Positions 8,279-16,611 of a stretch of 64,000 bases of DNA are shown piece after piece. A program made the translations under genes and the position numbers. The stretch covers positions 67,668-131,667 of the forward strand of contig JAWKOD010000006.1 in NCBI GenBank assembly GCA_041391385.1, read 5' to 3'. How positions within the stretch are numbered: the first letter of the stretch is position 1; each line of letters opens with the position of its first letter. The notes under the pieces are model-generated. The model was given only the letters and a program-made list of their open reading frames with translations, did no database searches and was not told the DNA's origin. The stretch comes from Bdellovibrionota bacterium. Lineage in GTDB: Bacteria; Bdellovibrionota; UBA2428.

Positions 8279-8935
8279 ATGAGAACGCTTAAAGTATTTC
8301 TCTTTTTAGTCTTCACTCTCGTCGCATTAAACCCGCGATCTGGAGCCTATGGCTCAATGGAGCCAAGTATGAGGCTTGATTCTTTGCTCTGGCGCCAGCA
8401 GCGTATGGTTGATGGAGCGCTCAGTTTTATACAAGGTAAAAACTCTGAGCCTGTAGATGTTTCGACTCGTTCTCCGCGCCAACGTTGTTTAAGAGGTGTG
8501 AAAAAGGGCTTCTATTCAGCAGGTATTTTAAAGAAGTATCCAGCTTGGAAGATTGCTTCGCAGATGGATAAGATTTTAAAGAACCCCAAGCAAATTAAAC
8601 GTTTTCTAAAAAATGAATATAAGTTTGTACATCTTGATAAAGTGAAAACAGTTAAAGACGCGCCCGCATATTCGCTTCTCGTATATGAGGGTGCACCTTA
8701 TGGACACATTGAGTTTAAAGTTCCAGCTGATTACTTAGAGAGCAAGGGCTTTACCCACGCTCTGAGATCAAACGCAGGAACGAAGAGTGCCGTGGCCCTC
8801 GAGCAAATTCAGTATGTTTACGTGTCAGATTATATTGATGCTTTCCCTCGCAACCATCCCAGTAGTCGGGTTGCGAATAAATTCGCTCAGAACAAACGAC
8901 CCTTAAAAGCTGTTTTTCAATTACAAAAAATTTGA
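8279..8935 (+). CDS. Secreted hypothetical protein, possible papain-like (Cys/His) amidase
   Basis: 218 aa with a signal peptide. RCLRGVKKGFYSAGIL ... APYGHIEFK ... YVSDY has the order and spacing of Cys-His-Asp in CHAP/Tae-type amidases. The similarity is weak and motif-level only. Confidence 0.5.
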   Translation: MRTLKVFLFLVFTLVALNPRSGAYGSMEPSMRLDSLLWRQQRMVDGALSFIQGKNSEPVDVSTRSPRQRCLRGVKKGFYSAGILKKYPAWKIASQMDKILKNPKQIKRFLKNEYKFVHLDKVKTVKDAPAYSLLVYEGAPYGHIEFKVPADYLESKGFTHALRSNAGTKSAVALEQIQYVYVSDYIDAFPRNHPSSRVANKFAQNKRPLKAVFQLQKI

Positions 8936-8952
8936 TTGATATAAATCTATTT

Positions 8953-10086
8953 TTAGCGTGGCGGAGGCAATGCTTCTCTCAGTTTTGAAAGAGGGATGCC
9001 AAGTTTTTCCGCAGCTCTTTCGAGATCGGGGGGTGGTGGCCCTAGGGCTTCTCGGAGTTCCTCTGTTGAAACACCTAATTTTTGTGCAACAACATTCAAG
9101 TCGGGATGTCCCTCTCTGCCGCGGCGGCCTCTTTCGGGACGATCATACTGAACTCTGTTTCCTTGACCCCTATTTCGCTGAGGTCTTGGTCCACTAATTT
9201 TTCGAACATCTTCTTGTGTGTACGATCCGCGCAGGCACCCTATGGTGTAGGGGAAGTCCCAGGTAGCGTGATAGTGATAAAGCGTTGTTCTTTTGCCGTC
9301 CCAGTCAATTTCGTGTGTGTGGCCATGACATTCGTCCAAATCTTCGCTCGTGAGTTCTTTGCCGCCCACATCTTTGTGACCAAAAATTCCAAAACCGTCA
9401 ATCGCATAGCCCATAATCTCGGAGTGCCCATCAGCGCCAACCTTATCAGGAATACACGAACTAAGGTTGTGGTAGTGGTAGACGCCGCTTTCTTGCGGGT
9501 GTCCTTGGCAATTATCTTGAGTTTCGTGGGCTACAGCGTCTCTTCCTGGGGCATCGAGAGCATTAAACAAAACAACACCTGATTTGAGTACGCCCACTGC
9601 ACCTGGGGCACAAGAAGGAGACGTGTTGAGTTGTGGGTTTGCAGGAAGTTCTACACGAATGCTTTGTTCGCTAATGCTGTTGGGATTTCGGTCAAAGAGA
9701 TAAGCGTCGTCACTTCTTGAAATTGGAAAAGTTCCTGTGGGGTGATTGGGGTAGTCGTTCGAAGTAAAAACTCTTTTATCGCCCTTAAGTGAGATAGAAA
9801 ATTTATGTGGCCATGTAACTGAGCCATCCACAATTGCTTTTTGTGTAAAGTCGTATGTTTTTGAATTGAAATCTATCCAAGGTGCATTCCCTTCTGCGCC
9901 TCCTGCTTGAGGGTCTGTGTGGCAGGCCCAAATCCAAGTTTTTTTGGGAGAGGAGCTAAGGCGACCATCGCCAAGGGGAAGTTTCTTTCGGTCAACAGAA
10001 TGTGCAGATGCCGACAAAGGAACTGAGAGAGAAAAAATATAAAAACTCAATATAATTGCCTTGCTTATTTTCATGGCGTTACACAT
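8953..10086 (-). CDS. Secreted YHYH-domain protein with a C-terminal tandem helix-PPP repeat
   Basis: 377 aa with a signal peptide ending SASAHS. Two YHYH motifs (GVYHYHNLSSC, TLYHYHATWDFPY). The start could be ATG 10074 instead. Confidence 0.7.
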   Translation of the reverse strand: MCNAMKISKAIILSFYIFSLSVPLSASAHSVDRKKLPLGDGRLSSSPKKTWIWACHTDPQAGGAEGNAPWIDFNSKTYDFTQKAIVDGSVTWPHKFSISLKGDKRVFTSNDYPNHPTGTFPISRSDDAYLFDRNPNSISEQSIRVELPANPQLNTSPSCAPGAVGVLKSGVVLFNALDAPGRDAVAHETQDNCQGHPQESGVYHYHNLSSCIPDKVGADGHSEIMGYAIDGFGIFGHKDVGGKELTSEDLDECHGHTHEIDWDGKRTTLYHYHATWDFPYTIGCLRGSYTQEDVRKISGPRPQRNRGQGNRVQYDRPERGRRGREGHPDLNVVAQKLGVSTEELREALGPPPPDLERAAEKLGIPLSKLREALPPPR

Positions 10087-10361
10087 TATTTTAAGCGCTA
10101 CATATGATTTGTAAACTTCCTAACGATCAAGCTTATTGGCTATTCAAAATACAGAAGCTGCTTAAAAGCATAAGAAGTCGATGAGGGGTGCTTAGGATCC
10201 AGAAAAAGTCTCAGTGCAATAGAGGGCTAGTGCTGAGTTATTCGACTCTGAGAGGAATTATCCTTACTGAGCAAATAAATCATCAAAAGGCCTCTTAAGG
10301 GTCAATGCGTTAACCCGCGAGTGTGTTAAGATTGAAGCACTCCAAGTCAGGGGGCTTCAAG

Positions 10362-11336
10362 ATGACAATACTACTTAGCGGGAAAGATTTAATATTGGCC
10401 ACGAAAGACTTTGCTGTCGATACTCCTTGGCGAAGTTGGTGGAGTATTGGGAGCACCTTTTTTCTATTAGCCTTGTCGATTGCTGGAACAATTTGGAGCC
10501 CGCACATACTCCTACAGGGTTTTTGTAGTGTGCTCACGGGCCTACTTATCTTGCGATCTTTTGTTATTTATCACGACCATCAACATGCCTCGATACTGCC
10601 TCATTCTAAATTCGCAGAGTTCATGATGAGGGTGTACGGCATTCTCACTCTTAATCCATCGAGTGTCTGGAAGTCTTCACACAATTATCACCACAAGCAC
10701 AACTCTAAATTGCGGAGTGCTCATATCGGATCTTTTCCGATTATGACAAAAGAAAAGTTTCTCAATTCAACACCCGCACAACAGCGTCGTTATCTTTTTA
10801 TTCGGCACCCACTCACAATTTTGTTTGGGTACATTTTTACGTTTCTTTATGGAATGTGTTTGCAACCCTTTATGATGTATCCGCGCAAGCATTTTGATTG
10901 CCTCCTTGCAATTGTTGTTCACGTTTCGATTGGCGTGTTTTTAATGATGCAGTTTGGAGTGGGAACTTTGTTTTTGACTTTAATCATTCCCTGCTTTTTG
11001 GCATACGCAATGGGATCGTATTTGTTCTATGCCCAACACAACTTTCCCGGAGTTATTTTTTCAGACCATGCAGGCTGGACTTATGAAAAAGCCGCCATGC
11101 AGTCTTCTAGCTATTTAAAAACAGGAAAGCTTATGGCTTGGTTTAGCGGCAACATAGGCTATCACCATATTCATCACCTCAATGCGAAGGTGCCTTTTTA
11201 CCGATTGCCTGATCTTATGAAAAAAGTTCCAGAGTTGCAGAACCCGGTAACTACAACACTCAGTCCCGTGGATATCTATCGCTGCCTTCGTCTTAAAGTG
11301 TGGGACGTTGAAGCTCAACAGATGGTTGGCCTTTAG
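10362..11336 (+). CDS. Membrane fatty-acid desaturase
   Basis: Three His boxes: HDHQH, HNYHHKH and HHIHH. Four or more TM segments. ATG 10362 is preceded by AGGGGG (the track ORF starts at GTG 10323). Confidence 0.85.
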   Translation: MTILLSGKDLILATKDFAVDTPWRSWWSIGSTFFLLALSIAGTIWSPHILLQGFCSVLTGLLILRSFVIYHDHQHASILPHSKFAEFMMRVYGILTLNPSSVWKSSHNYHHKHNSKLRSAHIGSFPIMTKEKFLNSTPAQQRRYLFIRHPLTILFGYIFTFLYGMCLQPFMMYPRKHFDCLLAIVVHVSIGVFLMMQFGVGTLFLTLIIPCFLAYAMGSYLFYAQHNFPGVIFSDHAGWTYEKAAMQSSSYLKTGKLMAWFSGNIGYHHIHHLNAKVPFYRLPDLMKKVPELQNPVTTTLSPVDIYRCLRLKVWDVEAQQMVGL

Positions 11337-11342
11337 TCCTGC

Positions 11343-12155
11343 TTAAGGAGCTTTGGGTAATTCAGTTACGGGCTTGAAATTGAGAGTCTTTCCTTCTTCG
11401 TTTTTAATTTCATTTTCAGCTTCAATCTCAGCTTCTTCGCTTGGAAGAGTAAGGGGCATTCGATTTGCGGTTTGAAAAGGTATGAGCTTATCTGGGCTTA
11501 TAATCTCATATTTATTCATGTCATTGTAGTTTTTGAGCAGGATTTTATCGTCATTAATTTCGCCAATTACAAGAAAGATATCTGATTCATCTGAGTTATA
11601 TGTTTTGCGAGAAGCATATGAGCCCGTTGGGAAGTCTCCTTCGTAACTACGCTTAATTTTTTTTATTTTTCCAGTTGTCCAATTACAACCTACTCGATTG
11701 TCGAGGTTGCCACCTATAAATCTTAAACAGTGAGCAGAGAATCCGTCTGATCCGTAGTAAACACCGACCACACTTGCAGCGCTCGTTCTGCTTTCTACGT
11801 AAACGGGATCGCCAGAACGCAACTTGCTAAGGCCCTCTACGTAGGAATAGAGCGTCGTCGCAAATTCTACTTTATAAGGACCCAGAACCTTACCTTTATG
11901 TGAATCATCTATGTGTTCTAGAATAATGTGAGTCACTTCATCGGGATTTTTAGAGGAACGGACGAGTCCAAAGATTTTTCCAACATAAATATTCTTATCT
12001 GGCATTGTGACAACTGCGTAATTTCCTATCTTAAAGTTACTTCGAGCAAACTCGGGGATTTTAGAATCTGCTGTATGCCCAAGTCCGCTCACTGCAAGGG
12101 CGCAAAGAACTTTGAGGTAAACTTTTAAGTAAAATGAATAGCTTGTATTTTTCAT
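11343..12155 (-). CDS. Secreted hypothetical protein
   Basis: ATG 12155 gives a signal-like N-terminus, MKNTSYSFYLKVYLKVLCALAVSGLG. No recognisable domain. Confidence 0.55.
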   Translation of the reverse strand: MKNTSYSFYLKVYLKVLCALAVSGLGHTADSKIPEFARSNFKIGNYAVVTMPDKNIYVGKIFGLVRSSKNPDEVTHIILEHIDDSHKGKVLGPYKVEFATTLYSYVEGLSKLRSGDPVYVESRTSAASVVGVYYGSDGFSAHCLRFIGGNLDNRVGCNWTTGKIKKIKRSYEGDFPTGSYASRKTYNSDESDIFLVIGEINDDKILLKNYNDMNKYEIISPDKLIPFQTANRMPLTLPSEEAEIEAENEIKNEEGKTLNFKPVTELPKAP

Positions 12156-12257
12156 CCTATTTTCTCGCAATGACTCAGGGACAGTTGCTTTTTAGTCTAT
12201 TAGCTGCAATGCGGCAACATGCGAGTCTTCGGATAGCGCTATTGAGCAGAGCCTCTA

Positions 12258-13376
12258 TTAAAAGCGCTTAAGGCTTAAGAATTCCAGACTATTTCGTTGA
12301 GTCTTTCCTTGTGCCCAGTCAGCGCATATTTCGCCCAATACAGGCATAAACTTAAAGCCATGTCCCGAAAGACCTGCCACCACAAACAGATTTTTTAAAT
12401 CATCGGGCAGGGCATCTACAATAAAGTGCTCATCGGGAGTCATTGTGTAGAGACAAGTTTTGGCTTCTACAAAGGATCCAATGCTTGGAATAAGTTCTCG
12501 CACATAGTTTTCCATTTGTTGAATTTCATTTTTTTCAACGTTTCGATTAACGCTTTGGGGAGTGCAGGGCGTGTGGACATTGTGGAAGGCGACTTTCATT
12601 TTATTATCGAGCGACGGAAATCCATAAAACCAAGTTCCGTTGTCACATTCCTTAAAGTATAGAGGCATCTTTGAGGCTTCTTTAGCTGCTTTAAACCAAA
12701 ACAAGACAACACGTTTTACTTTGAGTGGCAGTTTTACGTTCAAAAATTCCTTCGAAGCCCAAGGACCCATAGAAAAAATAATTTTTTTAGACAATAGAGG
12801 GCCTGCGGAGCTTTGAATTTCGTAATGCTGTTCTTTTTTCTTCCAACTTAAAATTTGAGTATTTTCTAAAATTGGAACAGAGTTTTTTTTAAGTCTTTGG
12901 TGAATGGCCTTAAGTGCTGTGTCTAGCAGTAAGTAGCCGCCATCGGATTCAAAAAAAACTTCTTCTTTTGAATTCAGATTAAATATCGGATGTTTTTGTG
13001 TGAAGTCACTTGCCGAAGATAACTCATGACTTAACTGATGTGTCCTTGCACTCTCTAGGCAGCCTTTAATCACGGGGCTTTGAGCTGTGCCAATTACCGC
13101 ACAGCCTGTTTTAAAGAGCAATTCAGAGCCAAGTTCTTTTTCCCACTCTTCCCAAAGCTGATAAGAGCGTTGAAGTAGGGGAACGTAATTGGGATCTTCG
13201 AAATATGCTTTTCGTATGGCACGTGTGTCGCCATGAGTAGAGCCCTGGTCGTGATTGAGTGAAAACTGCTCAATGCCAATGCAGTTTATTTTCCTTTTGC
13301 TCATTTCATAAAGTGCACCGCTACCCACAGCGCCAAGGCCCACAACCGCAACATCGTAAACACAGCCAGCACTCAT
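12258..13376 (-). CDS. solA: FAD-dependent N-methyl-L-tryptophan/sarcosine oxidase family protein
   Basis: 372 aa. VAVVGLGAVGSG dinucleotide fold, GSTHGDTRAIRKAY, CLYTMTPDEHFIVD (covalent-FAD Cys position) and GLSGHGFKF. Confidence 0.85.
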   Translation of the reverse strand: MSAGCVYDVAVVGLGAVGSGALYEMSKRKINCIGIEQFSLNHDQGSTHGDTRAIRKAYFEDPNYVPLLQRSYQLWEEWEKELGSELLFKTGCAVIGTAQSPVIKGCLESARTHQLSHELSSASDFTQKHPIFNLNSKEEVFFESDGGYLLLDTALKAIHQRLKKNSVPILENTQILSWKKKEQHYEIQSSAGPLLSKKIIFSMGPWASKEFLNVKLPLKVKRVVLFWFKAAKEASKMPLYFKECDNGTWFYGFPSLDNKMKVAFHNVHTPCTPQSVNRNVEKNEIQQMENYVRELIPSIGSFVEAKTCLYTMTPDEHFIVDALPDDLKNLFVVAGLSGHGFKFMPVLGEICADWAQGKTQRNSLEFLSLKRF

Positions 13377-13431
13377 GCCCTGTAGTTTAAGAGCAGTGTG
13401 CTATGTGCTGCAAGTGAGTGGCTATAAAAGT

Positions 13432-14076
13432 TTAGAGTTGAATGCTGTCTTGTAGTCCTGCAAGACCATCGGAATTATCTACAACGGTATAGCTGAGTAT
13501 GCGTGTGATGGGATCCCAACTGAGGTTGCAGTAGATGACTCCATTCACTTCAGATGCAAGTGAAAAGACATCTATGTCCACGTTCCAAATTTGAAAGCCC
13601 GTTGAGCCAATGCCCTGATCGTGCGATCCGTTCCCTTGATGTCTAAAGGTGAGCCATCCTCGCGATGGGTTTTGTGAATTTGCTATATAGAGGTAGTCGT
13701 GATGGCAAGCGGAGTAATTTTCACCCGTCACGCTGGGACCAACGCTACCCATTGTAAATGCGGCATCGGCTCCGTTCGCTCCGTCAGCGCCATCGTTACC
13801 GTTGCTGCCATTGCAGATGTTGTTTTGTGAAACTACAAGCTCTTCTTCCTCAAGAAGATTGTTTCTGTTGCTATCTAAAAAAACAATGAGAGTAGTGCCT
13901 CCGTTGGGACAGGCAAATGCGTTTGCATTTTCGGTCTGTATTCCAATGGGTGCGCCGAGCTCAGCTGCGCCTATGCCGCTGCTTTCAACGCGGGTAACGG
14001 TATTCTTCCCGCAAGATAATGTTAGGAGTGCCAAGGCACTTAAAGAAGCGAGTTTAAGAGTATTGATATTATTCAT
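13432..14076 (-). CDS. Hypothetical lipoprotein with a short collagen-like G-x-x stretch
   Basis: 214 aa. Lipobox LTLSC. Contains GSNGNDGADGANGAD. No known domain. Confidence 0.55.
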   Translation of the reverse strand: MNNINTLKLASLSALALLTLSCGKNTVTRVESSGIGAAELGAPIGIQTENANAFACPNGGTTLIVFLDSNRNNLLEEEELVVSQNNICNGSNGNDGADGANGADAAFTMGSVGPSVTGENYSACHHDYLYIANSQNPSRGWLTFRHQGNGSHDQGIGSTGFQIWNVDIDVFSLASEVNGVIYCNLSWDPITRILSYTVVDNSDGLAGLQDSIQL

Positions 14077-14290
14077 CGAGCACCTCCAATATAGATAAGA
14101 CCCTCGAGAGCTGATTGCAGTTAATTTAAAACTCTTTACATGGATTTATGCTGAGAAACTCAATCTTGAATTAGAATATCTGAAGCCCCTCACCCTCCTG
14201 GGCGACAATCGATCGTGAAAATCAAATCAGTTGCAGTCAGGCACTTAGCGGATGAGATTCCGTATGAGCGGACACAGGGAGCGAGAAGGA

Positions 14291-14345
14291 AGGTCAGGAT
14301 CGAAGTGGATACGTAAACTGGAGCCCAGGAGCAGGATCGAAGTGC
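14291..14345 (-). repeat. Direct repeats of the tRNA-Thr 3' end (att-like remnants)
   Basis: 14320-14341 (GGAGCCCAGGAGCAGGATCGAA) is identical to 14419-14440, which spans the tRNA-Thr 3' end (T-arm and acceptor) plus 2 nt downstream. A weaker third copy (AGGTCAGGATCGAAGTGG) lies at 14291-14308. There is no cloverleaf upstream of either. Confidence 0.6.
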
Positions 14346-14420
14346 CTAGGCATCGTCCGTGCATCACCTACTTCTGAATCCAGCAATTTAATCAAAGCTT
14401 CGCTTTAATAAAATTACCGG

Positions 14421-14492
<72 letters not shown>

Positions 14493-14783
14493 GCACTCTT
14501 TGAATTCGAGCGAGCTTATTTTGTACACAAGCTTGGGGCAGGGGTCCAGAGAGCATCTGTTTTTTTAGCGAGGCCTTTGAAGGTCACGATCAAAGAGAAA
14601 AAAGTATAAAAAATAAACACATACGGCAGCCGGAAAGCCGTCGAGACCGAGGAGTTTGTAGAACCCAATGAGCACGTACACAAGTCCTGTGAAAAGAGAA
14701 GGCTCTTAAAGGGGTTTTTGGCTTTGGAGTCTTTCTTAAGGGGGTTCGGGGGTAAAAGAGCGCTTCACGACTGTGGTAAAAAG

Positions 14784-15176
14784 TTATAGGAGCCACATCC
14801 AGTATTTTGCAAATACGGCTGCGTAGGTTTCGTGCACTCTGTTGGGAATAAGTTCTGTTCCGTTAAAGGGAACGGTTGCAAATAGCGGTACTGTTTGCCC
14901 CATGTGAAAAATTATCGATAATACAAAAAGACCAAAACCGATCACGGCAAAGGCAGCTTCTTTTTGTGAAACTAAAACTGTCGAGCAGGTAATGATCGCG
15001 CCGATAATGAGAAAGTTAGAAAGCCACAAGCTCCACGCAAGATCCTCGGCGTTCCATTTAAAGAACCACGCCATGGCACACGAAAGTACAAAGAGCACGA
15101 GGTTTGTCTTTCGTGTTGCAAAGAATCCCTTTAGCTCGCCGAGTCCCACGTTTATATTATGACACAAGTCAGTCAT
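14784..15176 (-). CDS. Small integral membrane protein (hypothetical)
   Basis: 130 aa with 3-4 hydrophobic helices. No motif recognised. Confidence 0.5.
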   Translation of the reverse strand: MTDLCHNINVGLGELKGFFATRKTNLVLFVLSCAMAWFFKWNAEDLAWSLWLSNFLIIGAIITCSTVLVSQKEAAFAVIGFGLFVLSIIFHMGQTVPLFATVPFNGTELIPNRVHETYAAVFAKYWMWLL

Positions 15177-15228
15177 TTTTGACTTTGAATTTGTAAAGAT
15201 TTAAACAGCTTGCTTGAGGGGTATTTGA

Positions 15229-16494
15229 TTGAACAAGTATATTTTAGTTTTTACGTTCCTATTTTCAATTGTTAATTTTTCTTCAACATTACAGGCAACA
15301 GAGCTCGATTTAGAAATGAGCGGTCCTGAATATACAAAGTATTTTGACACAGCTGAGTTTAAGTCACGTCCTGATAGAGCAAGTGCAGCTGTGAATAATG
15401 TGATTGATCTTGGAAAAAGAAACCTCGATTGGTTTAAGCTCATCAATTCACAAAGACCTGCTGATCAGCAGTTGCCTTTGTATACTCCCGAGCTTCAATC
15501 GGGCATTCCTGTCGAAAGTCCTAAGGCTTATAACGAGCAAACTGTGCTTGCTGATTACGACGCTCTTATTGAGGCAATGCCTGAGAGTTATAAAGAAGTT
15601 TTGTTGGGTACTGAAGAGTTGCCCGTGGACCATCCTTTTGCATCAAACGACGAAGAGTATCTCTTATGGGCGCGCAAAATGGATCGCGTTTATCAATCGG
15701 CAAGTCGCTGGAAGATTATGCAGCCAAACTTGTCATATCTTGCAGCACGTAGCCCACAGGACATACGTGGCTACTATTTTTTGAGTCAAATTGAAGATCT
15801 CTCCGCGCAGCTTTTGGCGTGGGCCGATCTCGAAGCAGGCACGCAATCACAATATGTTGAGTGGTTGGTTTTGCTTTGTCACAATAGTTATGAGCAAAAA
15901 GATGCCTGTCGTGCAGAACTTAATGATTCGATTGCAACGAACACAGTACTTTCTTTTTATGAAAAGTATTTTCCTCAAGCCGAAAAAACCTACAATAGTT
16001 TTTTTGCTATCAGAAACGCGCGCTCTGATGCTGTTTGGACCTCTGTGAATCCATTGCTGACACTTTTTCCGTTTATTAAACCCGAGAGTCTTGAAGTCGA
16101 AAAATGGCTTGTCGATAACATTGAAGACGAATGGCAGTGGGGCGATTGGAAGTTGAAGTTAAACTTTTTAGACGAAAACACGGGGAACGCTCAGCAAACA
16201 ACACACATAGTTTTTACGCCCGGTGCCACTCCTCATGTGGATGGTCTAGGTGGAAGTACTATCACGATGGATGCCAATGCACCTCTTCAGGATTACGGAA
16301 GTCGTTGGACGATCCGTCATGAGTATGGTCACGTTTTAGGCTTACCTGATTGCTATATCGAGTTTTACGACACTGATCGTGAGATCATTATTAACTATCA
16401 AATCGATTTGGATAACTTAATGTGTAGCCGCAGAGGGAAGCTTCAGGAGAAGCATTATCTTGAGCTTAAAAAGCATTATTATTCGCAAAACTAA
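15229..16494 (+). CDS. Secreted zinc metalloprotease (HExxHxxGxxD type)
   Basis: 421 aa. TTG start with GAGGGG upstream, then a signal peptide. The only catalytic signature is TIRHEYGHVLGLPDCY near the C-terminus. Confidence 0.65.
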   Translation: MNKYILVFTFLFSIVNFSSTLQATELDLEMSGPEYTKYFDTAEFKSRPDRASAAVNNVIDLGKRNLDWFKLINSQRPADQQLPLYTPELQSGIPVESPKAYNEQTVLADYDALIEAMPESYKEVLLGTEELPVDHPFASNDEEYLLWARKMDRVYQSASRWKIMQPNLSYLAARSPQDIRGYYFLSQIEDLSAQLLAWADLEAGTQSQYVEWLVLLCHNSYEQKDACRAELNDSIATNTVLSFYEKYFPQAEKTYNSFFAIRNARSDAVWTSVNPLLTLFPFIKPESLEVEKWLVDNIEDEWQWGDWKLKLNFLDENTGNAQQTTHIVFTPGATPHVDGLGGSTITMDANAPLQDYGSRWTIRHEYGHVLGLPDCYIEFYDTDREIIINYQIDLDNLMCSRRGKLQEKHYLELKKHYYSQN

Positions 16495-16611
16495 AAGTCT
16501 TTATGCAGGAGCGTTAGACACATCGCCATCAAAAGGTATCGAATCTGTCAGCCTGAGTTGATGGCGTGTCGAGACTGACTTAGTTTTTGCCATTAGAGAA
16601 GGGGAAATCTC

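Noticed and set aside
9082-9582. ORF 9082..9582 (+, 166 aa). Similar antisense ORFs occur inside the acylase (17023..17472 -) and proS (19889..20407 -).
   Set aside because: Each is fully nested antisense to a well-supported, motif-bearing gene. None shows independent coding evidence.
14100-14400. A second tRNA or tmRNA on the minus strand, suggested by the tRNA-like 3' end ...TTCGATCCTGCTCCTGGGCTCCA at 14319-14345.
   Set aside because: No matching 5' acceptor strand (GCCCAGG), D-arm or anticodon arm lies upstream. The T-stem has a C-C mismatch. No tmRNA tag-ORF or pseudoknot pattern is recognisable. It is treated as a tRNA 3' fragment.
14590-14796. A possible continuation of the 130-aa membrane protein. 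A hydrophobic stretch, SLFTGLVYVLIGFYKLLGLDGFPAAVCVYFLYFF, lies downstream in the same frame.
   Set aside because: It is separated from the 14784..15176 ORF by three in-frame stop codons, so a frameshift cannot explain it. There is no ATG and only a weak GTG. The evidence is insufficient to call a small protein.
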